This document shows positions 50,905-52,021 of a stretch of DNA of 52,021 nt, in pieces (positions within the stretch are counted from its first letter, which is position 1; every line of letters begins with the position of its first letter). The position numbers and the translations under genes were made by a program. A model generated the notes under the pieces. That model was not told where the DNA came from and ran no database searches. It saw nothing but the letters and a program-made list of their open reading frames with translations. Origin of the DNA: Nanobdellota archaeon (GTDB lineage: Archaea > Nanobdellota > Nanobdellia > Pacearchaeales > GW2011-AR1); contig JBBSYH010000005.1 of assembly GCA_038045365.1 (NCBI GenBank), positions 12,713 through 64,733 of the forward strand. The letters are read 5' to 3'.

Positions 50905-51593
50905 GAGAAGATGATGTTGTGATGTGCACTGTTAAAAGTATAGAAGGAACAACAGTTTTTCTTAAAATAGACGGCAATGGGGAAGGAAGCATATTTATGT
51001 CTGAAGTTGCTGCTGGAAGAATCAGGAATATACGGGAATATGTATATCCGAACAAGAAAATAGTCTGCAAGGTATTAAAAATAGCAAGCGGGCATATTCA
51101 GTTGAGTCTGCGCAGAGTTACAGCGAAAGAAAGAGAAAGTGTTCAGGAGCGCTATAAAAAAGAACGCACGTTTATAAACATGCTTAAAACTGTGTTTCCA
51201 AATTATGAAGAATTAATTTTAAAGATAAAGGAAAAATATGATGTTGTTGAGTTTTTTGACGCAATTAGGGGCGAGCCAGAGCTTCTTAACAATTTCATGG
51301 GAAAACAAGATGCACAGAATATATCTAAACTTCTTCTTGAAAAGAAGGAAAAAGAAAAGAAAGTTAAGAAAATGATTATTCTTAAATCATTTTCTGATTC
51401 TGGAATAAAAGATATTAAAGAAATACTGAATATAAAAAAAGCTTCAATAAAGTATCTTGGTTCATCTGTTTTTTCAGTAAGCACCAAGGCAATAGACTTC
51501 AAAGAAGCTGAACACTTATTAGATGAGTCAATAATGCAGATAGAAAAAAGAGCTAAAGAGCGCAAAGCGCTCTTTGAAGTCAAAGAAAAATGA
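50895..51593 (+). CDS. eif2a: Translation initiation factor aIF-2 alpha
   Basis: 232 aa from ATG 50895 (the track extends upstream). S1 domain DDVVMCTVKSIEGTTVFLKI...GSIFMSEVAAGRIRNIREYV...KVLKI...IQLSLRRV. 10-nt overlap with S27e. Confidence 0.8.
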   Translation: MELREDDVVMCTVKSIEGTTVFLKIDGNGEGSIFMSEVAAGRIRNIREYVYPNKKIVCKVLKIASGHIQLSLRRVTAKERESVQERYKKERTFINMLKTVFPNYEELILKIKEKYDVVEFFDAIRGEPELLNNFMGKQDAQNISKLLLEKKEKEKKVKKMIILKSFSDSGIKDIKEILNIKKASIKYLGSSVFSVSTKAIDFKEAEHLLDESIMQIEKRAKERKALFEVKEK

Positions 51594-51745
51594 AACTTCG
51601 CAAATGCATCAACCATACTCAATCAGTCTATACTTTTAGTTCTATCTGTGAAAAATGCAATCAACAGACAAAAGAGGCGCATTACAAATTCATAAAATTA
51701 AAAAGTGTCAATACGCCTATAGAAGATTATGAAGAGGGCAAATAA
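51590..51745 (+). CDS. nop10: Nop10-like H/ACA RNP protein (51 aa; below the ORF-track cutoff)
   Basis: Translated by hand: MKLRKCINHTQSVYTFSSICEKCNQQTKEAHYKFIKLKSVNTPIEDYEEGK*. Position after S27e-aIF2alpha matches the conserved archaeal order. ATGA overlap with the upstream gene. The first CxxC is replaced by CxxH. Confidence 0.55.
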   Translation: MKLRKCINHTQSVYTFSSICEKCNQQTKEAHYKFIKLKSVNTPIEDYEEGK

Positions 51746-51755
51746 TCTATTCGCG

Positions 51756-52019
51756 CTATCTGCGGGAAACATTTTCATATACAGGAGAACTATTTTTGTA
51801 TTTTAGCAGAAAAACAGAATCACTTATTGAGCGATAAGTTAAATAGGGAGTCATTGTAATAATTGCGAAAAAGCCTATACTGGCTATTTGATCAAGTTTC
51901 TTTCTCCTATAATCAAAATTAAGCAGTTTTTGCCTTTGCCTTTCCAATGGTTTTATAAACATATCATCAGTCAACTGCAAAGTTTTCTCAAGATAATTTT
52001 CTATTTGCTTTCTGTCCAT
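51756..52019 (-). CDS. Hypothetical protein with one TM segment (87 aa)
   Basis: Open frame with its ATG at 52017-52019, near the window edge. No motif recognised. Confidence 0.25.
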   Translation of the reverse strand: MDRKQIENYLEKTLQLTDDMFIKPLERQRQKLLNFDYRRKKLDQIASIGFFAIITMTPYLTYRSISDSVFLLKYKNSSPVYENVSRR

Positions 52020-52021
52020 AA

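Noticed and set aside
1-52021. Mobile-element genes (integrase, transposase), rRNA genes and cas genes
   Set aside because: None of the ORFs shows the corresponding catalytic motifs (no DDE or tyrosine-recombinase R..H..R..Y pattern was recognised). No rRNA-like conserved stretches were seen.

Overview
All calls come from reading the sequence and recognising motifs by eye; no database search was run. This is an AT-rich, tightly packed archaeal window. The gene content suggests a small-genome DPANN-type archaeon, but that lineage call is an inference. Archaeal information-processing genes are clear: an AT-rich putative replication origin next to an orc1/cdc6-PolD DP1-DP2 operon, an Lhr-type helicase, Hef helicase and XPF nuclease as separate genes, RPA41-like protein, RecJ/Cdc45-like DHH protein, TyrRS, DRG GTPase, aEF-1beta, S3Ae, L44e, S15, S27e, aIF2alpha, Nop10 and tRNA-Gln(UUG). 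The left 10 kb looks accessory. It holds the end of a Thr/Gly-repeat surface protein, a lamin-tail-domain protein, RelE-like and MazF-like toxin-antitoxin pairs, an EF-hand mini-protein, three wHTH proteins and a HepT/MntA pair sitting between Lhr and a metallophosphoesterase. The largest coherent system spans about 32.8-45.4 kb and is an archaeal type IV pilus-like locus. It has a FlaI/PilB-like ATPase with a long N-terminal extension, a FlaJ/TadC-like platform, an A24 prepilin peptidase, and a translationally coupled operon of 10 genes that all begin with class III (prepilin-like) signal peptides. The most unusual non-coding signal is a family of about 120-nt GC-enriched double-hairpin repeat units, here called A and B. 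They occur as A+B, B alone and A alone, and they fill the space after gene 3' ends at three loci. Other non-coding signals are a 15-nt motif shared by the promoters of two unrelated TA operons and a GC-rich element with mutually exclusive helices near 2.9 kb. No CRISPR array, rRNA, integrase or transposase was seen.
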